A stretch of DNA of 64,000 bases from contig NC_043022.1 of assembly GCF_006345805.1 (NCBI RefSeq), positions 14,632,001-14,696,000 of the forward strand, read 5' to 3'. The first letter of the stretch is position 1; every line of letters starts with the position of its first letter. Source of the stretch: Octopus sinensis. Its lineage: Eukaryota. The position numbers and the translations under genes were made by a program. The notes below the pieces were generated by a model. It ran no database searches. It was not told the origin of the DNA and saw only the letters and a list, made by a program, of their open reading frames with translations. Of the stretch, positions 36,851-48,537 are shown one piece after another.

Positions 36851-37894
36851 CGTAAGACCAAGAATAAAATATTGGTTTATAAGAATGGTTAATAAAGACA
36901 AATTTATAAGAGAGGAGGAGGAGGAAGAGATGTGCATTTTTGTTAAATAAACCCCAGTATATGCCTGGTATTCATCTTACAGGTCTGAGATGGATGACAA
37001 AGTGAAATCAAAAACGTTGGTGGGATTTGAATTCAGAAGAAAGGGATGGACCTTAATACCAAAAGGCATTTACACTGGTAACTGGGATCGCTCCACAGCT
37101 TCGTGTGATATTGTGCGTTGATAGAAAACAAAATAAAAATTATTATAAATATTTCAATACAGAAAATTTTCTTTTTTAAAAAACCGTGGATAAACTGTTT
37201 TCTATTTATGGTTGTTGGCGTAAGACAGGGCATGAGTTTAAGGGTCGGATTGAAGAAATGTAGTCCCTTAAAAGCATCAGCCCTTCTGGGTATGAATGTA
37301 AAGAGAGAAAGTGAAATATGCAACAATAATTTTCTGCATTTGATGGCGTAAAAGACTGTCGGGTGGATTAGTCCCACCCTTATTTCAACAGCACATGTTT
37401 GATGTCAGGAATGAAATTAGTTTCAGGGAGGAGGTCCAGCTTTGTATGTAGGGCCTGGAGGGATTCTTTTGACACACACACACACACATATATATGCACA
37501 TACATATATATATATATACATACACATATAGAAACATACATACATTTTATTGTTTCACTAACCTGGAGTTAGAACTTAATAAATGTCGGCTTCTGAACAT
37601 ATTTAATTGTTAAACAGGACATCAAACATCTCAAGTCATAGACAATATTATTACAGCTAGAAATTCAAAATCTTACACCTGTAATGAGATGTTTTCCCCT
37701 TGCCTTAATGTTTGACGTCCTCTTTAACAATTATATATCCGCTGCATTGGAAATCTGTAACGGCTCCATAACTACTGTCCTGGCTATAACCTTGGCGCCC
37801 CAGTAATCCGTTAGAGCACTTACCTAGCGCACCTAATCGTTTAGATCCCCTGTGAACAAAACCCCCATACTTTGTGTGTGTGTGTATATATATC

Positions 37895-38103
37895 ATCATC
37901 ATTTAGTGTCCGCTTTCCATGCTAGCATGGGTTGGACAGTTCAACTGGGGTCTGGGAAGTCAGAAGGCTGCACCAGGCCCAGTCTGATCTGGCAATGGAT
38001 GCCCTTCCTAACACCAACCACTTCGTGAGTGTAGTGTGTGCTTTTTACGTGCCACACGGGGCTGGCAAACGGCCATGGTTGGATGGTGCTTTTTACGTGC
38101 CAC
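37895..38103 (-). mobile_element. RTE LINE 3' tail fragment
   Basis: Same tail core. Confidence 0.75.
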
Positions 38104-38504
38104 ATATATATATATAGCATTTGAAGAGGCCAGGATAATGCATGCAAGACTCAAGAAAGATTTAAAGAATGTTATGGTTGAGAAGGTGAATCTCAGGGGA
38201 CCTTTTTGTGTGCACAGTTTGTGACAGACCACACCTTTCTTTTGCTGGGCTCAAATCTCATTTGAGGGTTCATGAAAAATGAACCTCCTCCAACTATTCT
38301 GCCTATGTCTGTGCACACCTTTCAATGCCGTGTTTGCCAGAAGGTCTGGAAATCTAACAAAAGCCTCAAAAGACATTTGAAGCCCACAAAGATCAGAACT
38401 GCAGATCTTGGTAGTCCAAATCAAATATGCAATCTATGTGGGTGTCTTCTCAATACATTGTCTAGTTTAAATAAGCATATATATATATATATATATATAT
38501 ATAC

Positions 38505-38829
38505 GTGGAGGTGCAATGACCCAGTGGGTAGGGCAGCGGACTCATGAACGGAGGATGGCGGTCTCGATTCCCAGACTGGGCGTTGTGTCTGTTTATTAAG
38601 TGAAAAGACCTAAAAGCTGCATGAGGCTCCGGTAGGGGGTGGTGGCGATCCCTGTTGTACTCTTTTGCCCCAACTTTCTCTCTCACTCTTTCTTCCTGTT
38701 TCTTGAGTAACGCTGCGATGGACTGGCGTCCTGTCCAGCTGGGGGGGACACATACGCCATAGAAACTGGGAAACCGGGCCCCATGAGCCTGGCTAGGCTT
38801 GAAAAGGGCGCATAAATAAATAAATAAAA
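38505..38829 (+). mobile_element. S3 SINE with (TAAA)n end
   Basis: Same head and body; CTGCGATGGACTGGCGTCCTGTCCAG tail. Confidence 0.8.
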
Positions 38830-39675
38830 TATATACATACATATATATATATATATACATACACACACACACACATACATATTATATATACACACACACA
38901 CATATATATATGTATGCATATATATACACACAAACCCATATATATGCAAGTCTTTTATGTCATCAAACATGGTATAATCGTAGTGACAATTAATTTGAAA
39001 GAATGCTAGGATCCGTCAGAGGGAAAACAGTTTTCTGTTGTATGAAGCATGTTAGGTTTGATATGAGTGGATGTGGATATATTTAGCAAAGTGAAGAAAT
39101 CTAGATGAGAAGTTAGTCAAATACAACATCTTATGCATAATTTTATTATAAGGCACTACAATAATGGATATAGTCTTCTATTACAGTGATATTTTGGTTA
39201 ATTAATTAACTAATTAAAAGATATATTAATGATATGTATATCTTTCTACTGAAATTTTAACCACTTGACATTAAAACTGGCCACACCTGGCCTCTCACAC
39301 CTATCCTACAATGTCATTCTAACATTAAAGAATCATGTCGTTGGAACCTCAAAGTTATGAGATAATGCATAATTAATTAATTAATTAATGCATAATTAAT
39401 TAAAGGCAATGTGAATAAATAAGCATAAAATTTGCTGCTGGAGAAATGTGAATACTAAAGGGTTGCAAAATGATACTAACGAAGTAATTAACTTCGATCT
39501 GTGAATGTCTGATTGTCAACTTATTACTAAAGATGTCCTGTTGGAAGTAAAATTCTTTACAGCCAAGTTGGATGAAAGGCATACCTGTATCTCAGGTGGG
39601 AAAAGGAAATATGTGTTCCAGGTTATCAAAATGGTAAGGCACTGTACTAAATATATATGTGTGTGTACTTAAAAA

Positions 39676-39805
39676 GTTGTTGGTTATAGGTGGTCAAAAA
39701 GTGACCACTGGTTTTGCACCTATAAAGTTCTTAGTAGTGTACTGCAAAGAATTTTATAGGTGTGGAAACCAATGGTCACCCTCTGACCACCTGTATCCAA
39801 CAACC
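39676..39805. repeat. Hairpin element (~50-bp arms)
   Basis: GTTGTTGGTTATAGGTGGTCA...CACCTATAAA and imperfect reverse complement. Confidence 0.7.
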
Positions 39806-39894
39806 TATTAAGTATTACTGCTCTCAAGTTTCACAGCATGCTTCTTTTCCGATTGGTGGACAGCTAACAGATTATATATGTTATATTAGAGGAA

Positions 39895-40030
39895 AAAATC
39901 GAAAACCAAGGCAGAACAAGTTTCTCAAGGCACTTAAGATAATTTAATTAGGATAAGGTGAATTTACCTTACCCTAATTAAATTATTTTAAGTGCCTTGA
40001 GAAACTCATTCTGCCTTGGTTTTCGATTTT
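39895..40030. repeat. Hairpin element (~65-bp arms, 8-nt loop)
   Basis: AAAATCGAAAACCAAGGCAGAA...ATTAGGATAAGG versus CCTTACCCTAAT...TTCTGCCTTGGTTTTCGATTTT. Confidence 0.8.
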
Positions 40031-41939
40031 GCGTCTGATATAATATATACCTGCTATAATGAAACCCTAATATGGATCCCTAGAATCCCCCCCCCCAGCT
40101 GTGGTCTTGGAACCTAATGGTCAACCACTATAGCACTTACCCATCGAACCTGTTCATTTAGATCACCAGTGAACTAAACCCTTCATATTCTATATATATA
40201 TATTGAAAAATAGGATAAAATCTTTATAAGAATTTATCAAGTGAAAAACCTCATAAGGGAAAAATTCATCAATTATTCTTCTTAAATATATTTATTTATA
40301 TTAAGGGCATTACTGTATTGGACTCTGAAATTTGATTTAATACTAAACTGAATTTTTCCCTGTAAGTTTGGAGTTATACTCCCTAATATTATTATTATTA
40401 TATATATACACACACCTATGTATGTATATATCATAACCAGTAATACTGTTAAGTATAGTGATAACTACATCACTTTACTGGAATCAGAATTTCTTATATT
40501 TAATTCTTTATATTATGATTTTATTTACTCCATGTACCCAGACTTTGTGGACACCCTGTATATATGCATACATGTGTATATGTGTGTGTGTGTGTGTGTG
40601 CTTGTGTGTACCGTTGTCTCGGCATCGTGTGATGGTTGTAAAGGAGCATTAATTGTCAAAAAATTGATGTGGTTCATCCCGGGTCTTCTGTGAAGAAACA
40701 TGTCTGGCTGTCGGAGGGGGGAGAAATATTACCTTGGCTCAGAAACAGGCGAGGGTTGGTGACAGGAAGGGCATCCGGCCATAGAAAATCCACTTCAACA
40801 AATTCCGTCTGATCCACGCAAGCAGGAAAAGTGGATGTTAAGATGATGATGATGATGATGATGATGATGGCCATAAATTTCAGAGTTCAATCTCAAAGCA
40901 TGGCATCTCGGGCAATTGTCCTACCATAGCTTCAATTTGACCCAAACCTCATCAGTGAAATTCGGTCAGTGGAAACTGCATAGAAGCCTTAATCAATCAG
41001 ATGGACATTTCCAGTACTGTTATATGCAATGTCATGCTGATTCTGCCTTAAGATTGCATCAATAAGCCACAAAATGTCTGTGGAGTACTCAGCCAGATAT
41101 CTATGAGCAGCTAGTTCCAGTAATGAAATTTTTGGAATACTTATGGCTGAAACAGATTAAGGAAGAGGATCATTCGATTATCCTTGGTCTTCTTACGTGC
41201 TTATGTCACTGAACTGCAGCCATGCTGGAGGACCACCTTGAAGGTCAAACAAATTGACCTCAGTAATTATTTTATAGGTTTCTTTTGCTGAACTGTTAAG
41301 TTACATGGATGTAAATAAACCAACACCTGTTGTCAAGTTACAACAGACACACACATACATATGATGGACTCGCACACAGTTTCCATCGACCAAATCCACT
41401 CACAAGGGGCTGGTTCTCCTAGGGCTCTAGCAGAAACCACTTGACCAAGGTGTGCCACACTGTGGAATTGAACCCAGAACCCTTTGTCCTCAACGTCCTT
41501 GATTGTCTTCAGACTTCTCGTTAACCCGTCTGATTAATATAACGCTTTCCTTTCATAAATCCAAGGTTACCATGGCAACTGACAAAATATTGGGGATGTG
41601 TATCGTGTATGATGAATGGACAGCAGGGAAATATGTTCTGTGTATCATCACATGTGGCAATACAGAGGTCAGATTCTGATCAACTGAAGCCTACTGGATG
41701 GAAACTGTGGGGAAGCCTACTGAATTGACTGTACCTGTAATGCTAAGTGCTAGCCTTGTCACACACACACACACACACACTGCCAGGCTAAATCTCTGCC
41801 TGAGGATTATGTTAAAGTCTGTGGAGTATTCAGCCACTTATATAAATCATGATTCAATGAGTTGTTGAGGAAACAACTGGAAGACCCATTGACGAAACTG
41901 AAAAAAGGGTCCACTTACCTTTTTTACTTACATTACCAG

Positions 41940-42486
41940 AGATGTTACGCATATACACACACACACACGCATAAATATAGATATATATATGCATGTGTGT
42001 GTGCACGTGTGTGGGTAAATATATATAAACAATATGTGTTTGTGTGTGTAAAAGCATAACACATAGACACACACATATATACATGCACGAATATATATGT
42101 ATATATATAAATGTGTGTTTACACACACACACGCACATGCAAATATGTGTGTGCACACATATATATGTAAATATATGAGTAATCTATGTGTGTGTGTGTA
42201 ATACATGGACAAACACACATATACATATGTGTGTGTGTGTGTGTGTAAATGTATATAAATAATATGTGTTTCTGTGTGTAAAAGCTAAATAACATTATAT
42301 GAGTAATTTATGTGTGTGTGTGTGTACATAGAGACACACACATATCCATATCTATGTATATATAGATATATATGCATGTGTGCATGTACGTATATATATA
42401 TATGTGTGTGTTTAAGTGAATATATATGTATGTGTGTGTATGTATATATATGTGTGTGTGTGTCTATGTGAATATATATATATGTA

Positions 42487-42531
<45 letters not shown>

Positions 42532-42585
42532 ATGTGTGTGTGTGTATGTATGTGTGTGTGTCTATGTAAATATATATATATATAC
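41940..42585. repeat. Compound (TA)/(TG)/(CA) microsatellite tract
   Basis: Direct reading. Confidence 0.85.
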
Positions 42586-42859
42586 CTTGTTGATCCCCTT
42601 CACATCCATCTGTCCATGCTAGCATATCTTAGACAAGAGTAGATTTGAGGCAGAACCTTTACGGCTAGACGTACTTCACAAAGTTGGCCCTTACCCGTTT
42701 TCCAGGAAAGGGATTTCTCTTTTTTAAAATCCCAGTGAAATTCGAAAGTACAGAGATAGCAGATGGAAAAACTGCTGACAGGGAATGTCGACAAACTTTT
42801 ACAGGTAACAGCAATGAGGATGTCACTCTTTGTAACAGAGCTGCAAGTGGTGATGTCAG

Positions 42860-43110
42860 ATCAATACCATCATCATCATCATCGTCATCATAATTTAGTG
42901 TCTGCTCTCCATGCTGGCATGGGTTGGATGGCTTGACTGGAACTGGTAAGCTGGAGAGCTGCACCAAGTTCCGATCTGATTTGCCATGGTTTCTACAGTT
43001 GGGTGCCCTTCCTATCACCAACCACTTTCCAGAGTGTACTGGGTGCTTTTTATGTGTCACTGGCACAGGAGCCAGTCAGTGCCGTACTGGCATTCATCAC
43101 GACTGGTTGG
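42860..43110 (-). mobile_element. RTE LINE 3' tail fragment (diverged)
   Basis: Same tail core after a (CAT)n run. Confidence 0.7.
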
Positions 43111-43285
43111 TGCTTTCCTCTGTCTTCCCTTCTCTGGATTGTTCCTTCTCCTATGTTTCCGACGAAGAGCTCCGCTCAAAACGTTAAACCCTCCTTCTTT
43201 CCTGTGCATCCAATAATACTATATTTGTTCCACGTCCTCGCATTGTTGTGTTTTTTTGTGCTTTCTTGTTTGGATTAACTTTGTG

Positions 43286-43318
<33 letters not shown>

Positions 43319-44114
43319 GTATGTATATATATATCTGTCTGCATGCATATTTGTTTCAACATCCGTTTTACCTTTCCCATGCTAGCATGGATGAGCCAAA
43401 TATATTACTGGGCTATTGCTTTATGGCTGGATGCTCTTCCTGCCACTGACACTTACCTGCTTTGCAAATAAGAGAGTCTCTTATTCCACGTCTTCCAAAG
43501 CAGACAATTTGTTACCAGGTAAATAACAGCATCACTGCTCACAGCACAGGGATTTTCGGAGAAGCCCAAATCCAAACAAACACATACATACTTACACTCT
43601 TATATGTATACACAGACTCATATATATATATAGCTACACATACACATACATGCAATGGGCTTTGTATAGTTTCCTTTGTATAGCTCATCCACTCACAAGA
43701 TATTGGTCTGCCAGGGTCTATAGAAGAAAACATTTACCCAAAATGTCATACAGGACTGAACCCAAAGCCACAAGGTTACAAAGTGAACTTGCTAACCACA
43801 CAGCCATGCCTGCACCTAGGCATTAAACACATCCACAGAGGAAGGATGGTCAGTTGGAATAAATAACTTGCCATTGATTGTACTGGGACGATGTTTGATG
43901 CCCTCATATCTTTTGAAATCCTTCACATTAAGAACACACACTATAATCATATTTTTCTCAATCTGCTATTTTGTCAGAGGGGGCTGTCACATGTGTGACA
44001 GTGGGAGGAGTGCTTTTTTTGCTTCAGGGGAAAGGTGTCTAAAAAGGTGGAGGAGATGGTAGCTTCCCTATGAATATATATAAATATCTGTTTATGTGTA
44101 TGCCATTGCCAGCC

Positions 44115-44385
44115 TAGCCTGGACCCCGTGCCGGTGGCACGTAAAAAGCACCATCCGATCGTGGCCGTTTGCCAGCCTCATATGGCACCTGTGCCAGTGG
44201 CACGTAAAAAGCACCCACTACACTCACGGAGTGGTTGGTGTTAGGAAGGGCATCCAGCCGTAGAAACACTGCCAGATCAGACTGGGCCTGGTGCAGCCTT
44301 CTGGCTTCCCAGACCCCAGTCGAACTGTCCAACCCATGCTAGCATGGAAAGCGGACGCTAAACGAAGATGATGATGATGATGATG
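44115..44385 (+). mobile_element. RTE LINE 3' tail fragment
   Basis: Two GTGCC(G/A)GTGGCAC subrepeats, tail core and (GAT)n. Confidence 0.8.
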
Positions 44386-44834
44386 TATATATGTGCACAC
44401 ACACATGGTTCAGGGTCAAAATACCTGATGATAATCGGATGCCATTTGATGGCATCAAATTTTCCAGTCCAAAGTTCCATTCACCAGACTTGTCAATAAC
44501 AATAACAACATACACACACACATATATATGTATATATATATATATACATATATATACCCACACACCCCAACTTACCTATCTATCTATGTAATTATTGAAT
44601 GACAAGGGAACAGTTGTAATACAATCAACTTTATTAGCTTATGAGGTTGCACAAGCACTCAGCTGCGAACACGCTGCTTCTTATAGCAGAAACAACTGCA
44701 AGCCAATGGAGGTGATTATACAACTCGTTCCCTTGCCATTCATTAATTAATATTATGCTCTGTATTCACCTAACACTTTTATTCTAAAGCATTTCACTAT
44801 TGACTTCTGACAACAGGTTATTAATACTCTACAT

Positions 44835-45035
44835 CAGTGGTTTTCAACCAGGGTTCTGCCAGTACAGTCCAGGGGTTCCGCAAGAAGTTACAAAACTGCT
44901 AAAATCGGCAGTAATTTTTAATTCTCCTGTGCAGATATGTGTGCATAAGACTATTAAATTATTGCACAGGGGTTCCTTGAGCCAGTGGAATGTTTCCTTG
45001 GGGTTCCGCTCCAGCAAAAAGTTTGAAAAGCACTG
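44835..45035. mobile_element. hAT-type MITE, 201 bp, 8-bp TSD
   Basis: Same TIRs; flanks CTCTACAT / CTCTACAC (7 of 8 match). Confidence 0.85.
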
Positions 45036-45370
45036 CTCTACACACACACACACATATGCAACGGGCTTCTTTCAGTTTCCATCTACCAAATCTATTGACA
45101 AGAATTTGGTCAGCCTGAGGCTATATAAGACACTTGCCCAAGGCACCACATAGGAGAACTGAACCTGGAACCAGGTGGTTGGGAAGCGGACTCCTCCTCA
45201 CACAGCCACACCTGTTTTCTATGCTTCTCCGTCACAAGACATCTCCCTTACAATGGCTGTAGACGTAAGATGAAGATACGAAGGGCCAAAATAAAAACTA
45301 AAAAATTCACGTCTAAATAATACATTCCTTCTTTCGTTTGTATTTGTTAGGGGTCAGGACATTTTGGGGT

Positions 45371-45760
45371 TACTCTTTACTCTTTTACTTGTTTCAGTCA
45401 TTTGACTGCAGCCATGCTGGAGCACCGCCTTTTAGTCGTGCAAATCGACCCCGGGACTTATTCTTTGTAAGCCCAGTACTTATTCTATCGGTCTCTTTTG
45501 CCGAACCGCTAAGTTACGGGGACGTAAACACACCAGCATCGGTTGTCAAGCAATGCTAGGGGGACAAACAAACACACACATACATATACATATATACGAC
45601 AGGCTTCTTTCAGTTTCTGTCGACCAAATCCACTCACAAGGCATTGGTCAGCCCGGGGCTATAGCAGAAGACACTTGCCCAAGATGCCACGCAGTGGGAC
45701 TGAACCCGGAACCATGTGGTTGGTTAGCAAGCTACTTACCACACAGCCACTCCTGCGCCT
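45371..45760 (-). mobile_element. S2 SINE
   Basis: Full match. Confidence 0.85.
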
Positions 45761-46235
45761 ATGGGGTTGTGAAACATTCATTTTAAAAGCTAAACCTAAC
45801 AAGTGATATGTTTTGTTCGGGGGGGCTTTTTTTTCTTTTGTTTTTGTCATGCAATGAATAACATAATTCATTTGTAACAGTGATATTTTCTTTTTTTTTT
45901 CTATTTTTACATTATTGATATTATTATCATTATTGTCATCATGAAATATTTAATCACATATACACAAAACATACATTGCAACCATACACAATATTCTTAC
46001 AAAGAAAAGTGGGAATGAAAGAGAGTTACCTAACAAAGTATATGTGCTTGTGTGTGTGAGAGAAAGAAAGAAAGAGAGAGAAAGAGTGTGTGTGTGTGAG
46101 AGAGAGAGATGAGAAATAGATTTTTAAATGATTTGAAAAAAAAAAATACAAATTTATAGAAAACAGACATGTTTCCTAATAAGGCCACGGATCACTTGAT
46201 GTTAAAAAGGGGGAGAAAGAAAAGCAGAAGGAAGT

Positions 46236-46556
46236 CTACTTTTTTACTTTATGGCGAAAGGATGAGTTGGTGACATTTCTGTGCAAGTGGCCGGCGCCAC
46301 CAGTGCGCAACGGGGAGTGACTGCGCACTGGAGATAGTTTGACGGGAGGTGAGACGCCCTTGTGCATTAGATCGAGTTTTTTAGTCTCGTGTTCTAGCAA
46401 AAGTGGGTTTAGACTGCTGTCACGGGTGACATTGGATAGGGAGTTATCTAAGAGGAAGCGGATATCCTTGATCTCATCTCCAGTACGAACACTGCGAGAG
46501 ATGTAGCTCTGTCGTTTCTGAATCTCTTGTTTCAGCTGGTCCTTAAGAGTTGATAC
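46236..46556 (-). CDS. CROCC: Rootletin terminal coding exon: [11 protein letters not shown]...HKVKK*
   Basis: Acceptor ctctttgcag|GTA, TAG at 46238-46236; 321 nt. Confidence 0.92.
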   Translation of the reverse strand, partial: VSTLKDQLKQEIQKRQSYISRSVRTGDEIKDIRFLLDNSLSNVTRDSSLNPLLLEHETKKLDLMHKGVSPPVKLSPVRSHSPLRTGGAGHLHRNVTNSSFRHKVKK

Positions 46557-48503
46557 CTGCAAAGAGACAAAATCAAACGTTGTAAATCAATTAAAACACC
46601 TAATTTTCTGAGATAATTATATTGTTTACAGACAAGGAGAGAGAGAGGGAGAGGGAGAAAGAGAAAAGAAACAGAAGGATAGAGAGAGAGAGAGATACAC
46701 ATAGGAGAATGAGAGGTGTGAGAGAAAGTGAAAGTGAAAGTAGAAGGGTTTAAGGGACAGAATGAAAGACAAAATGAAGAGAGGAAGAATGAAAAACCTG
46801 GAGTGAGAAGAGAAAAAGAGGGGGAGTTGGAGTGAGAGGAGAACGAGAGGGGGAGTTGGAGTGAGAAGAGAAAAAGAGGGGGAGTTGGAGTGAGAGGAGA
46901 ACGAGAGGGGGAGTTGGAGTGAGAAGAGAACGAGAGGGGGAGTTGGAGTGAGAGGAGAATGAGAGGGGGAGTTGGAGCGAGAGGAGAAAAAGAGGGGGAG
47001 TTGGAGTGAGAGGAGAACGAGAGGGGGAGGTAGAATTAAAATGAGGATTGAGTCCCTTTCTGTAAAAGTGATTGTCTGTCGGTTGCTTACCTGTTCTTCT
47101 AAGCCCTTCACACGTTGTCTATGAGAATGTTCTCTGACCTCTAAGGTACGTTCAGCCTGTAACTTGGCTGTTTGTAGTCTTTCTGTTTCCATTTCTGTTT
47201 CAGCCCGGTGCCGAGTGGTCATGTCAATTAAACTGTTGACAGATTAGAGAAAGAAAAAGAAATGAGAATTTATTCCTAACATTGGTTTCAACTTCTGGCA
47301 CAAGGCCAGCAATTTCGGGGAGGGGGAGGGGCTAAGTCAATTACATTGACCCCAGTATGTAACTGGTACTTTTTTTCATCAATCCTGAAAGGATGAAAGT
47401 CTAAGCTGACCTTGGCGGAATTTGAACTCAGAACGTAAAGACAAACGAAATGCTTCTAAGCATTTTGCCTGGTCTGCTAATGATTCTGTCACTCCGCTGC
47501 CTTAACAATAATAATAATTATAATAATAATAAAGGCATAAGGTCTGTAATTTGGTGGGAGGGGGACTAGTGAATCGCATTGATCCCAGTGCATGACTGGT
47601 ACTTAATTTATCAACTCCAAAAGGATGAGAGGCAAAGTCAATCTCAGCGGAATTTGAACTCAGAACGTAACAATGAACGAAATGCTGCTACGCATGTCAT
47701 CCAGTGTGCTAATGATTCTGCTAGTTCACCACCTTAACAACAACAACAACAACAACAACAACAGCAGTCTTGATCTGGCAGAGTTTCTACAGCTGGATGC
47801 CCTTCCTAACGCCAACCACTCCGAGAGTGTAGTGGTTGCTTTTTACGTGCCACCTGCTTCAATCTTTTTACACATGCCACCAGCAGAGGTGCCAGTAAGG
47901 CGATGCTGGTAGTTGTGCATTAAATTTACAAACAGATCGTTCCATTAAGCGGACCAACTGCAACCCTCATCATTATAAGCGATGGAATGCCAGCCTCCTC
48001 ACTCACACACACACACACACACACATGTACACAGAGAAACGAAGATGTGACTAATGACATTGATTGATTTGAATAATTTCCAACCCACCGTTGTGCGTGG
48101 TTTTGCTCTGTCTCTGCCAGCTGGGCCTGCAGTTGATGTATCTGCTGTTTCAGATCATTGTTATCCTCTTCCAATTTGATAAGACTGCGGTCAAGATGGT
48201 TGCGTTCGAGGAAACTCTTGCTAGCCACCTCCTCTGTCTTCAGCTTCTCTCTCTCCACCTGAACGAAATAAAATCAACTCTTATTATATTATATTACATT
48301 CTTGTGTACACACATGCTAAGAGACAAAATAATTATATACAGTTGCAGGCGTGGCTGTGTGGTAAGAAGCTTGCTTCCCAACCACATGGTTCCGGGTTCA
48401 GTCCCACTGCATGGCACCTTGGGCAAGTGTCTTCTGCCGTAGCCTCAGGCTGGCCAAAGTCTTGTGAGTGGATTTGGGAGACGGAAACTGAAAGAAGCCT
48501 GTC

Positions 48504-48537
<34 letters not shown>

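Noticed and set aside
42700-42845. Similarity of DILIAVTCK to Fringe/B3GLCT glycosyltransferases
   Set aside because: Match limited to about nine residues; following sequence does not continue the family motif.
46626-47090. C-terminal extension of ORF 46626-47222
   Set aside because: Read-through past the GTAAGC donor into the intronic minisatellite.
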